DNA from: an uncultured Candidatus Saccharibacteria bacterium
Lineage (GTDB): Bacteria > Patescibacteriota > Saccharimonadia > Saccharimonadales > JACDBH01
Direction of reading: 5' to 3'
Assembly: GCA_964431415.1 (NCBI GenBank)
Contig: CAYSJS010000005.1
Span: forward strand, 7,132-71,131
Length of the DNA stretch: 64,000 bases
Shown here: piece after piece, positions 37,690 to 47,280 of the stretch
How the letters are laid out: every line of letters begins with the position of its first letter
How positions within the stretch are numbered: the first letter of the stretch is position 1
Program-made: the position numbers and the translations under genes
Notes under the pieces: model-generated
What the model was told of the DNA's origin: nothing
The model's database searches: none
The model's input: only the letters and a program-made list of their open reading frames with translations

Positions 37690-39597
37690 TTACCTCGGCA
37701 AAGATTCGTATAGTCTACTTAAGAAAGGTATAAACGCAGGATCACGGCAGTCATCCGAGCCGCCGCGTTGAGGTATCATGACGCCATTTGGACCAGGCAA
37801 ACTACATCCGCGATCAATATGTAGATGTGGACCACCTCCCCAACATCTAGAAGTGTAGTTTCGTGCATCGGCAACCTTGCCTAGTACAGTGCCGGCAGCT
37901 ATATGCACGTTTTCTGCGACTACTACATCTTTCATGTGGCCGTACCAATAGTAAAAGCCGTCATCGGCCTTAAACTGGATACTAGAACAACCCTGTTGTC
38001 CCCCTAGACTGGTGTTTATTGTTACTGGAGTACCACTATATAACGCATAAACCGTGGCGCTATCGGTACTAAACAGGTCGAAAGCAGGCGTACGGTCGTG
38101 GTGGGTTGTAGTTGTTTGTCCAATTGTAATACCGCCCACCGCTTGTGTTTGCGGAGCAATTGGAAAAGAGTAGCCTTCTATGCTTACCGCCCCCCCGTTT
38201 GCACCTCCGGTCAGATTTGATGTGCAAAGTGCTGTGGCGGGTCCGTTAGCTGGACCAAACGCTAAACCACGCGTAACCTCATCTATAGTGGTGTAAAGAA
38301 GGTTTACGTAAGAACCTTCATCGTTCCCGGCAGCACTTCCGGGGGCGTAATGGCTGATATATGTTGCGAAATCATGTGATTCATACATGCTTCCATGGTT
38401 GAGATATTTTCTGCGTATTGCCGCAAAGAAGTCCTCGCGTGTGTTTGCTATCGTAGAGTCTAGACTGCCTTCCCATGACGGCCATATAAGTACTTTGTAG
38501 TCTCGATCACTTGCATGATAAATCGCGTACGGTTGTTGGCTGGTCGTAGCGCCAAAAGCGTTATAAGTAGGCGGAGTCAGGGTGTGCCATCCTCGTGCGG
38601 CGGTAGCAAAACCATTTTCTTGCCTCAAATGGCCGACCGCTAAAAAGGGATTCACATTGCTTCTTTTTCCGCCAGAAATGAAGTATTTTCCCAGACCTAC
38701 AAACGGGCTGCTGGGCCAACCTGCGCGTATATAATCATCGATTGCATTAGCCGCAGCAACTTCATCGGATATTCTTGGGTAAGTAAGTATGTGTTGTGGG
38801 TTCCCGTCTTCTGGTATGTCGTTTAGGCTTTCGTCTACGCCCGTCGGCGCACTTGTTGCGCCTGTCTGGAGACCTGCAACGATTGTGTCGGCAAATTGTT
38901 TTTCGCCGTTTGCGGTTGGGTGTGTCCCATCTGTTCCCAGTTCGATTCCTGCATTCACCGTGTCTATGATTACATAATTGGATTTTGAGGGCGCTGCCTG
39001 GTCGGTAATGATAGTGTTTCGTGCGGACGGACCGCCGTCTTTAGTGTAAAAAAGATTCACCCAATAAATAGGCACGCCTGGTTTTGCTGTTCGAATCTTA
39101 CTAACAAGTGCCGGAATTTGTACGTTCAAATCCTCTACACCACTATTTGTACCTAGGGCTACCACAACAACATCAGATTGTTGTATGGAGTTTACATCTG
39201 TCTCGGCGGCTGCTATACCGCTAGATCCCGGAGGTGATGTATCGGTGAGTATTGCCCTGCCTGAGTCGGCGTTTATTTTTGTTATCACAAATCCCGCCTC
39301 GGTAAAGGCGTTTTGTATCTCGGTTTGTGAGTTTACTGTGAGCGAATCTCCTATCATATAAATTTTTGAGCCAGACGCTACTCCCACTACGTTTACTCCG
39401 TCTCCTCGCCCCGTAGCGCAGATAGGTTCCTTGGCGGTTTTATCGTAAAAGGCCCAGGTGTTTAGGACGTCATTTAAGTCCTTACTGGTGATCGCATAGA
39501 GATGCTGGCTACCTAAGGCGAATATAAAACAGAGCATCAGTACGGCGGCTGCAAGTCTCCTGGAAGATTTGCCAAACCAAGCAACAGTGTTTTTCAT
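37690..39597 (-). CDS. Secreted multi-domain cell-wall hydrolase: SGNH hydrolase + glucosaminidase-like + M23-like peptidase
   Basis: 635 aa with a signal anchor. SGNH blocks are IYMIGDSLT, ALGTNSG and DGTHPT. The middle segment is LAVGHLRQENGFATAA...YNAFGA (glucosaminidase/muramidase-like). The C-terminus has HHDRTPAFDL ... GPHLHIDRG (M23-like HxH). Confidence 0.75.
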   Translation of the reverse strand: MKNTVAWFGKSSRRLAAAVLMLCFIFALGSQHLYAITSKDLNDVLNTWAFYDKTAKEPICATGRGDGVNVVGVASGSKIYMIGDSLTVNSQTEIQNAFTEAGFVITKINADSGRAILTDTSPPGSSGIAAAETDVNSIQQSDVVVVALGTNSGVEDLNVQIPALVSKIRTAKPGVPIYWVNLFYTKDGGPSARNTIITDQAAPSKSNYVIIDTVNAGIELGTDGTHPTANGEKQFADTIVAGLQTGATSAPTGVDESLNDIPEDGNPQHILTYPRISDEVAAANAIDDYIRAGWPSSPFVGLGKYFISGGKRSNVNPFLAVGHLRQENGFATAARGWHTLTPPTYNAFGATTSQQPYAIYHASDRDYKVLIWPSWEGSLDSTIANTREDFFAAIRRKYLNHGSMYESHDFATYISHYAPGSAAGNDEGSYVNLLYTTIDEVTRGLAFGPANGPATALCTSNLTGGANGGAVSIEGYSFPIAPQTQAVGGITIGQTTTTHHDRTPAFDLFSTDSATVYALYSGTPVTINTSLGGQQGCSSIQFKADDGFYYWYGHMKDVVVAENVHIAAGTVLGKVADARNYTSRCWGGGPHLHIDRGCSLPGPNGVMIPQRGGSDDCRDPAFIPFLSRLYESLPR

Positions 39598-39602
39598 ATC
39601 CT

Positions 39603-42266
39603 TTAATTTACCTCGTTATCGGGGTTTTGTAACTCACGAAAATGGTCGTACACATTGTTATTGCGTTTGGATAAGCGCCACCTAAAAACTAGGTCGCCAT
39701 AGCCATCGTTATTTTGAATTCCGAGTTTTGTAGGTGAGCAGTCGCCCTTATCTACGATGACCTGTCCTTCTGCTTCGCGCTGTATGTTTCCTTTTGCTAA
39801 CATAGTTCCCATCGAATCTTCATAGCAGTGTTTATATTTATTTTCAATCTCATCTTTTTTCCCGCTTGCGTCCAAGATAAGTTCGTTAGCCATCGGTTGG
39901 TAATCGGCATTGTTTAGAATGATCGCCTCTTCTTCTTCAGACCACACCCATTGCACAATATTATAATCTCCGGCGCCGCTGACTGTGTTGCTCGCGGCAA
40001 ACAATTTCCTAGGAGAGACTACTTTGTAAAAAGCGTTTGAAAGTGCGCTGAGAGAATCTGACAGATTCCCGAAAATTCTTGCCGCAAGCGTGTCCGGCTT
40101 AGACATAAACGAACTAATGCTCATGCCGACTCTCGATACAAAAGAAGACGGGTTGCTTACAGCAAAATACCTTTCAGAAAAACTTTTACGGCTGTTTAGT
40201 TCTTGTATGTATGCAACATCCTTGTCTTTGGATGCCTGAACCTCAGGTGTTGTTAACGGGCGACCATAAAGAAGTTGTTGGCCATAGTCGCGGTTGAGGA
40301 GGTTGCCCCCCATATCCGCCTGATTGGCGAAGGTAGCATCCATAGAGAGTCCGTCGTTAGCTGCTTTCACGTGCTTTAATACTGCCATTTTGGCGAGCTC
40401 GGTCAACCCTAGGGTTGCTCCAACCGTCAATCCTGTCTTTACTAAAAACTTTCCTAGTGTATTTTTGAACGCAAATACAACTCCTTTTTCTTCGATCATA
40501 GCTCTTGTCTTTGCGAATGTGATGCGCTTTACAAAGTTTTGCATAGCAAGTTTAACGCCGGTTGCGGCGGCTTCTTCGCTCGCCGCCGAACCTCCTCCAG
40601 TGAACAAACTGGCGGCGAATTCAAGAACCGCTACCGTAATCCCCACCTTAAGATCCGTGATGAACCCACACCCTTTGTCAGCGACCTTGTTCATTGCGTC
40701 AACAGCGGCACCGTCTCCCAGGGCAACATTAATAAGACTGTAACTGCCCGTAGAGGAAGACTCCGGCAGCTCAAGAGCGTTCATCTGCGTTGAAGGGTCA
40801 ACAATCTTGTTTGAAGCACGAAGTTGTGGAACCGAATCACTAATATCGCCGATCTTACCCGTAAACGCACCGACCGCTTCAGCTATACTCTCGCCCGCTT
40901 TTTGCTGATCGGCAGCTGTAACAACACTAAAGTACTGCTTTTGAAGTGCGAGCTCGTTTTGATCGATAATGTCTGCCGAGTTCTCAATAGAACCTTCATA
41001 TATGAGGCAAAGTGGCACGGCGACTGCATATACAACAGATGCGGCTTCAAGAGCCCTTGTAACCCCTGTTGCTTTTACGGATCCATCAAGTGTTCTAGCA
41101 CGAGTCTCGTTCACTTTATTTTCTACACTGCGTGCACCGCCGCCGTTTTCGTCGTCGACCGCATCTTTGAGCGCTTTCTTAGTTGCATCTTCGGTTTCTT
41201 TAGCCGCGTCGCAAACCGACTGAACAATCCGGCATGAACTATCCTCGCCCTTCAACGCATTATATTCGTCTTGCTGAGCTAGCCTTTCGGCGGCCTGTTG
41301 CTTCAGGTCCTTGTACTTGTTGCCGTATTTTTCCCACCACCGTAACTTTATGCCTTTATCGGCAAGGATTTTTTTTAGCACTGATCCGCGCACGTATGTT
41401 TTGTAGCCCTGTAAATCTTTTTCTATCACTGCGGCGGTTTCGGCGGCGAAGCGCACTCTTTCGGCGCTATTTTGAAATACTCTAAAGAACTTTGAATTAC
41501 TCTTCTCTATGAATGTAACAGTACCGTCAGTCGATGTATAGTTATAGCCGGCAAACACCTTTTTTGGTTTTCCGAAGATTGTTTGCCCTTCGGTAACATA
41601 AACAGGCTCGAAACCGCGGTTCAGGTTTTGAAAGACTTTGCTGGGCCTGAGTGCATTAAATTTATCTATAGCGACGCCAACTTTTGTGGCAGAAAAACGA
41701 TCTCTAAGAGTTATATAACGCGAGTCGGTCATCGTTTCGCTGGCGATATTCTCTTCCAAGATCTGTGCTTGGCTGAGTCGCAAAGATCTGGAGCTTCGCG
41801 CTAAATTCCATACCGTAATGTTCTCTGCCAGCTGTATGATTTTTAGTGAACTAAAATACATGGAAATAAAAATGATTGCTACAGCAAAAATACCAAGAAA
41901 ACCAACAAAAAAAAGTGTGGTTTTTCGCTTCAGTTTTTTCTTGACACCCTTTCTTATTTCCAGTCTTCTCTTCTTCGGTTCGCGGGTGTATGTGAACGGG
42001 GTATCATCTTGAGTTGGCTCGTCTGTGTCTGTTGTTGATTCGTCCTCGCCATCTCCATCCTCGTCATCGTCCGAATATATATCCTCAGGCTCTTCGCTAG
42101 AGTTGTCTACAGAATCTAAGCCAGATCGTTCCGGGTTTTCTTCCTTGTTTCTAAGCTCTTTATCGTAGCGTTCAAGCTTATCAAGTGCGTTGGCTCGTTC
42201 CTCTGCTGCACGTTCTCGTTCTCGGAGACTCGTGTCGTCGGGGTCATATATAGGTTTAGGTGCCAT
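39603..42266 (-). CDS. Large T4SS-associated membrane protein of unknown function
   Basis: 887 aa. About 100 aa at the N-terminus are hyper-acidic (EEPEDIYSDDDEDGDGEDESTTDTDEPTQDD). These are followed by a basic patch (KKRRLEIRKGVKKKLKRK) and a TM, with further hydrophobic segments mid-protein. No Walker A motif is present. Confidence 0.6.
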   Translation of the reverse strand: MAPKPIYDPDDTSLRERERAAEERANALDKLERYDKELRNKEENPERSGLDSVDNSSEEPEDIYSDDDEDGDGEDESTTDTDEPTQDDTPFTYTREPKKRRLEIRKGVKKKLKRKTTLFFVGFLGIFAVAIIFISMYFSSLKIIQLAENITVWNLARSSRSLRLSQAQILEENIASETMTDSRYITLRDRFSATKVGVAIDKFNALRPSKVFQNLNRGFEPVYVTEGQTIFGKPKKVFAGYNYTSTDGTVTFIEKSNSKFFRVFQNSAERVRFAAETAAVIEKDLQGYKTYVRGSVLKKILADKGIKLRWWEKYGNKYKDLKQQAAERLAQQDEYNALKGEDSSCRIVQSVCDAAKETEDATKKALKDAVDDENGGGARSVENKVNETRARTLDGSVKATGVTRALEAASVVYAVAVPLCLIYEGSIENSADIIDQNELALQKQYFSVVTAADQQKAGESIAEAVGAFTGKIGDISDSVPQLRASNKIVDPSTQMNALELPESSSTGSYSLINVALGDGAAVDAMNKVADKGCGFITDLKVGITVAVLEFAASLFTGGGSAASEEAAATGVKLAMQNFVKRITFAKTRAMIEEKGVVFAFKNTLGKFLVKTGLTVGATLGLTELAKMAVLKHVKAANDGLSMDATFANQADMGGNLLNRDYGQQLLYGRPLTTPEVQASKDKDVAYIQELNSRKSFSERYFAVSNPSSFVSRVGMSISSFMSKPDTLAARIFGNLSDSLSALSNAFYKVVSPRKLFAASNTVSGAGDYNIVQWVWSEEEEAIILNNADYQPMANELILDASGKKDEIENKYKHCYEDSMGTMLAKGNIQREAEGQVIVDKGDCSPTKLGIQNNDGYGDLVFRWRLSKRNNNVYDHFRELQNPDNEVN

Positions 42267-42270
42267 AAAA

Positions 42271-44181
42271 CTACATTCCTGGAGTTAATCGGTTGCTGAG
42301 GTCGATCGTTCCTTGCGGTTGATTGAGGTCTCCCTGCGCCATCGCCTGTACCTGACCTGGGTTGGTTGTGATGAGCCCGGTTTCGGTGCCGCTGGCAATA
42401 ATCTGGATATGTACATGGTTTTGACCTGCAAAAAAGAGGCCTTGTCCGACCGGGAACTGAGCGAGTCGTTTTTTCTCTTCGCTGGTGAGTTTAAATACGT
42501 CGCTGAGCACATCCACCGCAGAGGCGGACTGTTTAAGTAGTAGTTGCATGCTGGCGTTGGCAACAATTGCTCGCCCCATACGTGAACCCATAAAATCTTC
42601 AACGTCTTGCGTGATTGTGGTGATGCCAAGGTTATATTTGCGGGCGCGCTTGGCAAGACTAAACAAGAAGTTAGCAGAATCTTCATACTTCATCAGTTGC
42701 CACGCCTCGTCTACGATGAGGATACGTCGTTTCTGGTCACTCTTCGTTTTGTTCCATATGTAGTTGAGGACAATATACATAGCTACCGGGCGAAGTTCAT
42801 CTTCAAGATCTCGAATATTAAACACCACCATCGGGTTATTGATATTTATGTTGCTTTGCTGACTAAAAATACCGGCAAATGTCCCTGTTGTGTACTTGCG
42901 AAGCCTTTGGGCGAGTTGCGGCCCGGTTCCGCCCATGTGAAGCAAAGTATCGTAGAGTTCATTGATGGTTGGCGGTGGGGACTGATGAGTGAGTGGGTCG
43001 TTAGTTATACCTGCGCGGGCGTAGGTTTCTATTAAAGCGGCGTCAAGATCCGACTCCTCTACTGGGCTCAGTGCAGGAGCGGCTACCATCGCGCCTTGGG
43101 TGCTTTGTATTTGTGACTGCGCGCCGCCCATCATCAAACGCAGCAGGCCATGCAAGGTTATCAGGTTGCTCCTCAGGGCGTTGTCAGATTCTTCGGCATC
43201 AATAACTCGCGGAAGGTCGAAGGGGTTAATTCGTGTCTGCGAATTAAGGCTGAGCCGTACATATGCCCCACCCACCGCGTCGCACATACGCTGGTATTCG
43301 TTTTCTGGGTCGATAATAAATATTTCCGTGCCAAACATGAGTGAGCGAAGTGCTTCAAGCTTCACGGAGAAGCTCTTACCTGCACCAGATTTCGCAAACA
43401 CGACTGAGTTGCCGTTTTCTAGACTAAAGCGGTCAAAAATCACGAGTCCTGAGTTATGCATGTTAATGCCGTACAAGATACCGTTGTCTTGGCTTAGGTC
43501 TGCAGAAGTAAATGGGAAACTTGTGCTTAAAGCGCCGGTGTTCATGTTGCGTCTAATCTGCAACTGGTCGGTGAACTGCGGCAAAGTACTGTTAAGCCCC
43601 TGTTCTTGCTGTGCGCTGGCAGCTTTTGAATATATGAGCTGTTGGCCGAGCATGGATTCTACTTTATGACTCACAAACTCCAGCTCCTCAAGGCTGTTGC
43701 CGTATACCGTAAAGTAAAGCCCAAAGCGGAAGAAGCGCTCTTCGCCCACCTGGAGCTTATCGCGCATTTCTTCGGCGTCCATAATGCTGGCTTGTTTGCC
43801 TGGATCACGCACCCTGCCCTTTTCGGCATCTATCTGGATGCCCGCTTCAAGTTGTGACACTTTTTTGCGCAAGTTCTCAAGCACCACCTGGCTTTCTACC
43901 GGATAAATGAACATACTCAGGTCGATTACTTCGTCTAGGTTCACCATGCTGCTGAGCCAGCCGGTAAAGATCTTTCTTGGGTAGCCGTACACATAAAATG
44001 TGCGTGCATAGCGGGTGCCTATACGGAAGTAGCCGCTCTGGAATTCGATAGAACTTGGAGCAATAAAGTCCCGCAGCGCGGTAACGCCCTTTTGAAAGGC
44101 GGCATGCACCTCTTGTTCTTCACGTATCTTCTGAGCCTGTGCAAGTGCAACGGGGTCGTTTTGAACCTTATTCTTTTTCAT
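42271..44181 (-). CDS. virB4: VirB4/TrsE-family type IV secretion ATPase
   Basis: 636 aa. Walker A FAKSGAGKSF and Walker B RRILIVDEAWQLM. The N-terminal domain (YARTFYVYGYPRKIFTGWLSSMVNLDEVIDLSMFIYP) is typical of VirB4-type proteins. Confidence 0.9.
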   Translation of the reverse strand: MKKNKVQNDPVALAQAQKIREEQEVHAAFQKGVTALRDFIAPSSIEFQSGYFRIGTRYARTFYVYGYPRKIFTGWLSSMVNLDEVIDLSMFIYPVESQVVLENLRKKVSQLEAGIQIDAEKGRVRDPGKQASIMDAEEMRDKLQVGEERFFRFGLYFTVYGNSLEELEFVSHKVESMLGQQLIYSKAASAQQEQGLNSTLPQFTDQLQIRRNMNTGALSTSFPFTSADLSQDNGILYGINMHNSGLVIFDRFSLENGNSVVFAKSGAGKSFSVKLEALRSLMFGTEIFIIDPENEYQRMCDAVGGAYVRLSLNSQTRINPFDLPRVIDAEESDNALRSNLITLHGLLRLMMGGAQSQIQSTQGAMVAAPALSPVEESDLDAALIETYARAGITNDPLTHQSPPPTINELYDTLLHMGGTGPQLAQRLRKYTTGTFAGIFSQQSNININNPMVVFNIRDLEDELRPVAMYIVLNYIWNKTKSDQKRRILIVDEAWQLMKYEDSANFLFSLAKRARKYNLGITTITQDVEDFMGSRMGRAIVANASMQLLLKQSASAVDVLSDVFKLTSEEKKRLAQFPVGQGLFFAGQNHVHIQIIASGTETGLITTNPGQVQAMAQGDLNQPQGTIDLSNRLTPGM

Positions 44182-45110
44182 CCTAGTTCCTTCTCGAGGT
44201 TGGGTTGCGGAGCGTACCCATCGCCCTTTGTGATAACCGGGGCGGTTAGGTCGTTAAAATTCTTGAGCTGTTGGCGGGTCGCAGTGTCGGGATTGTAGGC
44301 GTCGTAGTAGAGTTCAATCAGCTCCTGGGTGTCAAGGGGTAAGCCCTGGATGCCGCACTGTAGCAGGCCGCCAAGCGCTGCCTGGACACGGTTTCGAAGC
44401 TCTGTCTTAGCCGCCTCGAGTTCGGCCTCGTTAATGGTGACATGCTGTTCTTTTTTGGAGAACACGCCAAAGAGTGAACCGATGAAGTTTTTGCCAGCCT
44501 CAACGGCTTTTTGGGCGTCGATAACCGGAATATAAGGGATAACCACATAAAACTTTTTATCCATAATGTTTGTCTGCGTGGCAAGGTCACTCATGAAATC
44601 AATATAATCTTCCATCAGGAGTGCGAGTAGCATGTTGTCGTGCTCGGTGCGGATTTTGTCCAGCTTTTCGATATAAGGCCTCAAGTCCACTTTTTGAGAA
44701 CGCGTAAATATCTGAACTGGGAAATAAAGGGAGTTTAAAAAGCCCTGATAACTATACTCTACCGCTTCTCTTTCCTGCGGACTCATAAGGTCAAAGTTAA
44801 TGCTTTTGACCATAATAACGGAGCGAAAACTGCCGTCGTTCATAATCACTATGCCGTCGCGTATTTCGGCAATCTGTAAGGAGTTTTGGGTGCTGTTGGG
44901 ATTGCTCTGCACCGGCTGTACGGTTGGGGCGGCAGGCTGACCGTTCATGGCCGGCATAACACCCGGCGTATATTGCATTGCGCCGTAGCCCATGGGGGCA
45001 TTTTGGGTGAGAAGTGGATTCGTTACTTGAGGTTGGGGTGTGATGACAGGAGCAGCTGGTTGGTTCGGGATATTTGGCAACTGATTTGGTTGTATGCTGT
45101 TTGGATCCAT
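44178..45110 (-). CDS. T4SS-associated protein: Pro/Gln-rich N-terminus plus a globular domain of unknown function
   Basis: 310 aa. Its stop overlaps the virB4 start (ATGA). The globular part (IRDGIVIMNDGSFRSVIMVKSINFDLMSPQEREAVEYSYQGFLNSLYFPVQIF) resembles the N-terminal region of VirB4-like proteins but has no P-loop. Confidence 0.55.
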   Translation of the reverse strand: MDPNSIQPNQLPNIPNQPAAPVITPQPQVTNPLLTQNAPMGYGAMQYTPGVMPAMNGQPAAPTVQPVQSNPNSTQNSLQIAEIRDGIVIMNDGSFRSVIMVKSINFDLMSPQEREAVEYSYQGFLNSLYFPVQIFTRSQKVDLRPYIEKLDKIRTEHDNMLLALLMEDYIDFMSDLATQTNIMDKKFYVVIPYIPVIDAQKAVEAGKNFIGSLFGVFSKKEQHVTINEAELEAAKTELRNRVQAALGGLLQCGIQGLPLDTQELIELYYDAYNPDTATRQQLKNFNDLTAPVITKGDGYAPQPNLEKELG

Positions 45111-45154
45111 AAATATTTATTCCACCCCCTCCGGTGTGCCCTGCTGGCTACTGT

Positions 45155-46303
45155 TTAACGTAGCGAAATCGTCACCTCACCGTCTGACTCGCTTATTTGC
45201 TGAGCTTGTCGGGCGATTGTTGCCACGTTTAAGTCGTCATTATTCGCAAGACTAAGTATAGCAGGATTAGGGGTCGTGGTGCTAGTTGGAGTAGTGTTGT
45301 TTTGCACTGGAATGCTTGCGGGTGGCGGCATTGGAACAGGTGTGGGCGTGGGTGTGGCAGTCGTTGGCTGTTGTGGGGCGCTCGTGCCTTGCACGGAAAG
45401 CGGCTGAATAGTTTTTAAGTGGGACGTATAGGTTGGGTCATCGGCTTTGTCCGCCTCAATTTTTTTAATCAACCGTTGTTCTTCGGCGGTCGGTTCTGGG
45501 GTAGCAATGTTAGAGCCAGGACTAACCACAGTAGAGCCCGTAAAGGTTGCCATACCGGGTGGAGTTTGGGGCGGACTTGCTGGCTGATTTAAGAACCAAT
45601 AATCTGCTGGGGGTGCCGTAGGCCCTGCTGGGGTTGGGTTTTGTACGCTTGCCATCACTTGTTGTAAATGCGCGGCAGTTGATGCCTGAACCATTTGGTC
45701 GAGGTGTTGTGCCGTTGGGTTATTGGTTGCGTCCAGCATGTCATCGGCGGCGCGAATATCCCCTGCCTGTTCCGTTATGGGTAGATTGCTTGGTGCGACG
45801 AGTCGGTCGGATCCGTCCGCTGTCGAGAGATAGCCTGGTTGTGCGAATAAGTTTACGTCCACGTTCTTAACGGCCCAGCCGCGGCTATCTAGCGTGCTCG
45901 CAAGAGCACTTAACCGGCTCTTGACCTCGTTTTGGCTCAATCCGTCGCTATACACATGCTCAACTTTTCTCGGTGCCGTAATAGTTACAAGTTGACTGAT
46001 GCCGTCCTGATTCCATATACGTACGTGAGGTTTCACTAAAAAACGGAGTCTTGCAAGTAACCACACGTCATTAGGTTGATCCCTGCTGATAGGAGCAGCT
46101 AAAAATCCAAACACCACCATAGGAATAAGTAACACAACAACAATAGGCCACCTAACAACGCTCAGTGCGGTAGTGGTAGCCAGTTTAAACTCAATAAATC
46201 CAATCAGCACAAAAATAATAGCAAAAATAAATTGCTTAAACGTCAGCGGCCCAAGAAGCTTGTCCTCGGCCTCAATATCCTGCAAAACCTTATACGTCGC
46301 CAT
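45155..46303 (-). CDS. PrgI/VirB3-like membrane protein with a long Pro/Thr-rich C-terminal extension
   Basis: 382 aa. The N-terminus MATYKVLQDIEAEDKLLGPLTFKQFIFAIIFVLIGF plus a second TM matches the PrgI-family pattern. The C-terminal ~200 aa are low-complexity P/T/Q/A. Confidence 0.65.
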   Translation of the reverse strand: MATYKVLQDIEAEDKLLGPLTFKQFIFAIIFVLIGFIEFKLATTTALSVVRWPIVVVLLIPMVVFGFLAAPISRDQPNDVWLLARLRFLVKPHVRIWNQDGISQLVTITAPRKVEHVYSDGLSQNEVKSRLSALASTLDSRGWAVKNVDVNLFAQPGYLSTADGSDRLVAPSNLPITEQAGDIRAADDMLDATNNPTAQHLDQMVQASTAAHLQQVMASVQNPTPAGPTAPPADYWFLNQPASPPQTPPGMATFTGSTVVSPGSNIATPEPTAEEQRLIKKIEADKADDPTYTSHLKTIQPLSVQGTSAPQQPTTATPTPTPVPMPPPASIPVQNNTTPTSTTTPNPAILSLANNDDLNVATIARQAQQISESDGEVTISLR

Positions 46304-46355
46304 TACTTATTTAAGTATCGGCGAATACGACAATTATCGCAAGTATACTTAGTGC

Positions 46356-47228
46356 CTAAAAGTGAACGATCTGTCCAGGCTGAACAATGGTAGTGCTTCG
46401 TGCGGCCCGTTTTTGCTGGTGTCTAACCGCTGCGCTGTCCGCCCTCTGTTGCCACTTTTGAGTTTTTCTTTCTAAACGACGGTATTTTCGGCTTAGCGGC
46501 CTCAGTGAACCTATTGTTTCTTTACGAAGATCCTTTTCTGCTACACGAACATTTTTAGCCATTTTTTTCTGGTATGGCCGGGGTTTAAACTGCGAGGGCT
46601 TGGGCTTAGCAAGCGAGTTGTTTAGTGCTTTGTTTCGGCGTTCTAAAGTAATACGACCTTTATCATAGTCACGACGAATCTGTCTCTGAGCTTGCCGGGT
46701 TTTGTGTTTCGAGAGTTTCATGCCGGCGCTTGGGTTGGTGTATGCACCAGAGTTTTGTCGCTCTAAGTTCGCGGTTGTTTTTGCAAGTATGAGGTTCTTC
46801 TGTTTCTCGGCTACTCGCAGCTCAATAGCTCGTTCTTTTCTGTTCCGTGCATGCGGATGTTCTAGAGATCCTGTTGTTGGGTTTATTTCTACTACCGAAC
46901 TTGTTCCGGTTGTGGCAATTGCGCCGATGTGCCTATAGAAGTTAAGTCGATGACCAGCCGTCTCTGCTCTTTTTGAAGCTCTGGATGCTTTTCTTTCTGC
47001 TAATACAGAAAACAAACCCTTGGTTGCAATAGTACCACCAGGAGATGGGGGTGGAGTGACTATATTTGGGTTTGGGGCCACATTTACTGCAGGGGTTAAA
47101 TTAGGGTTTAGCGCCGCTGGGCCAGTAGGAGGCTGCGCGAAAGGGTTAGTATGAGTATTGGGTGTCGGGGGTGCGAGGGGCGGCCCTGTTGGTGGTGGAA
47201 AGTTCACGTTTTGGTTTGGGTTTGTCAT
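46356..47228 (-). CDS. Highly basic soluble protein of unknown function (Pro-rich N-terminus, Lys/Arg-rich remainder)
   Basis: 290 aa with no TM segment. Dense K/R runs include KHKTRQAQRQIRRDYDKGR and RKYRRLERKTQKWQQR. It lies inside the T4SS-like operon. Confidence 0.55.
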   Translation of the reverse strand: MTNPNQNVNFPPPTGPPLAPPTPNTHTNPFAQPPTGPAALNPNLTPAVNVAPNPNIVTPPPSPGGTIATKGLFSVLAERKASRASKRAETAGHRLNFYRHIGAIATTGTSSVVEINPTTGSLEHPHARNRKERAIELRVAEKQKNLILAKTTANLERQNSGAYTNPSAGMKLSKHKTRQAQRQIRRDYDKGRITLERRNKALNNSLAKPKPSQFKPRPYQKKMAKNVRVAEKDLRKETIGSLRPLSRKYRRLERKTQKWQQRADSAAVRHQQKRAARSTTIVQPGQIVHF

Positions 47229-47280
47229 AATTAAACATTAGCATAACTATGATAAAATGTCAATTATATTGATCTAATAT

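Noticed and set aside
39603-42266. 887-aa protein as the missing VirD4-type coupling ATPase
   Set aside because: No Walker A ([AG]xxxxGK[ST]) or Walker B motif occurs anywhere in the protein.
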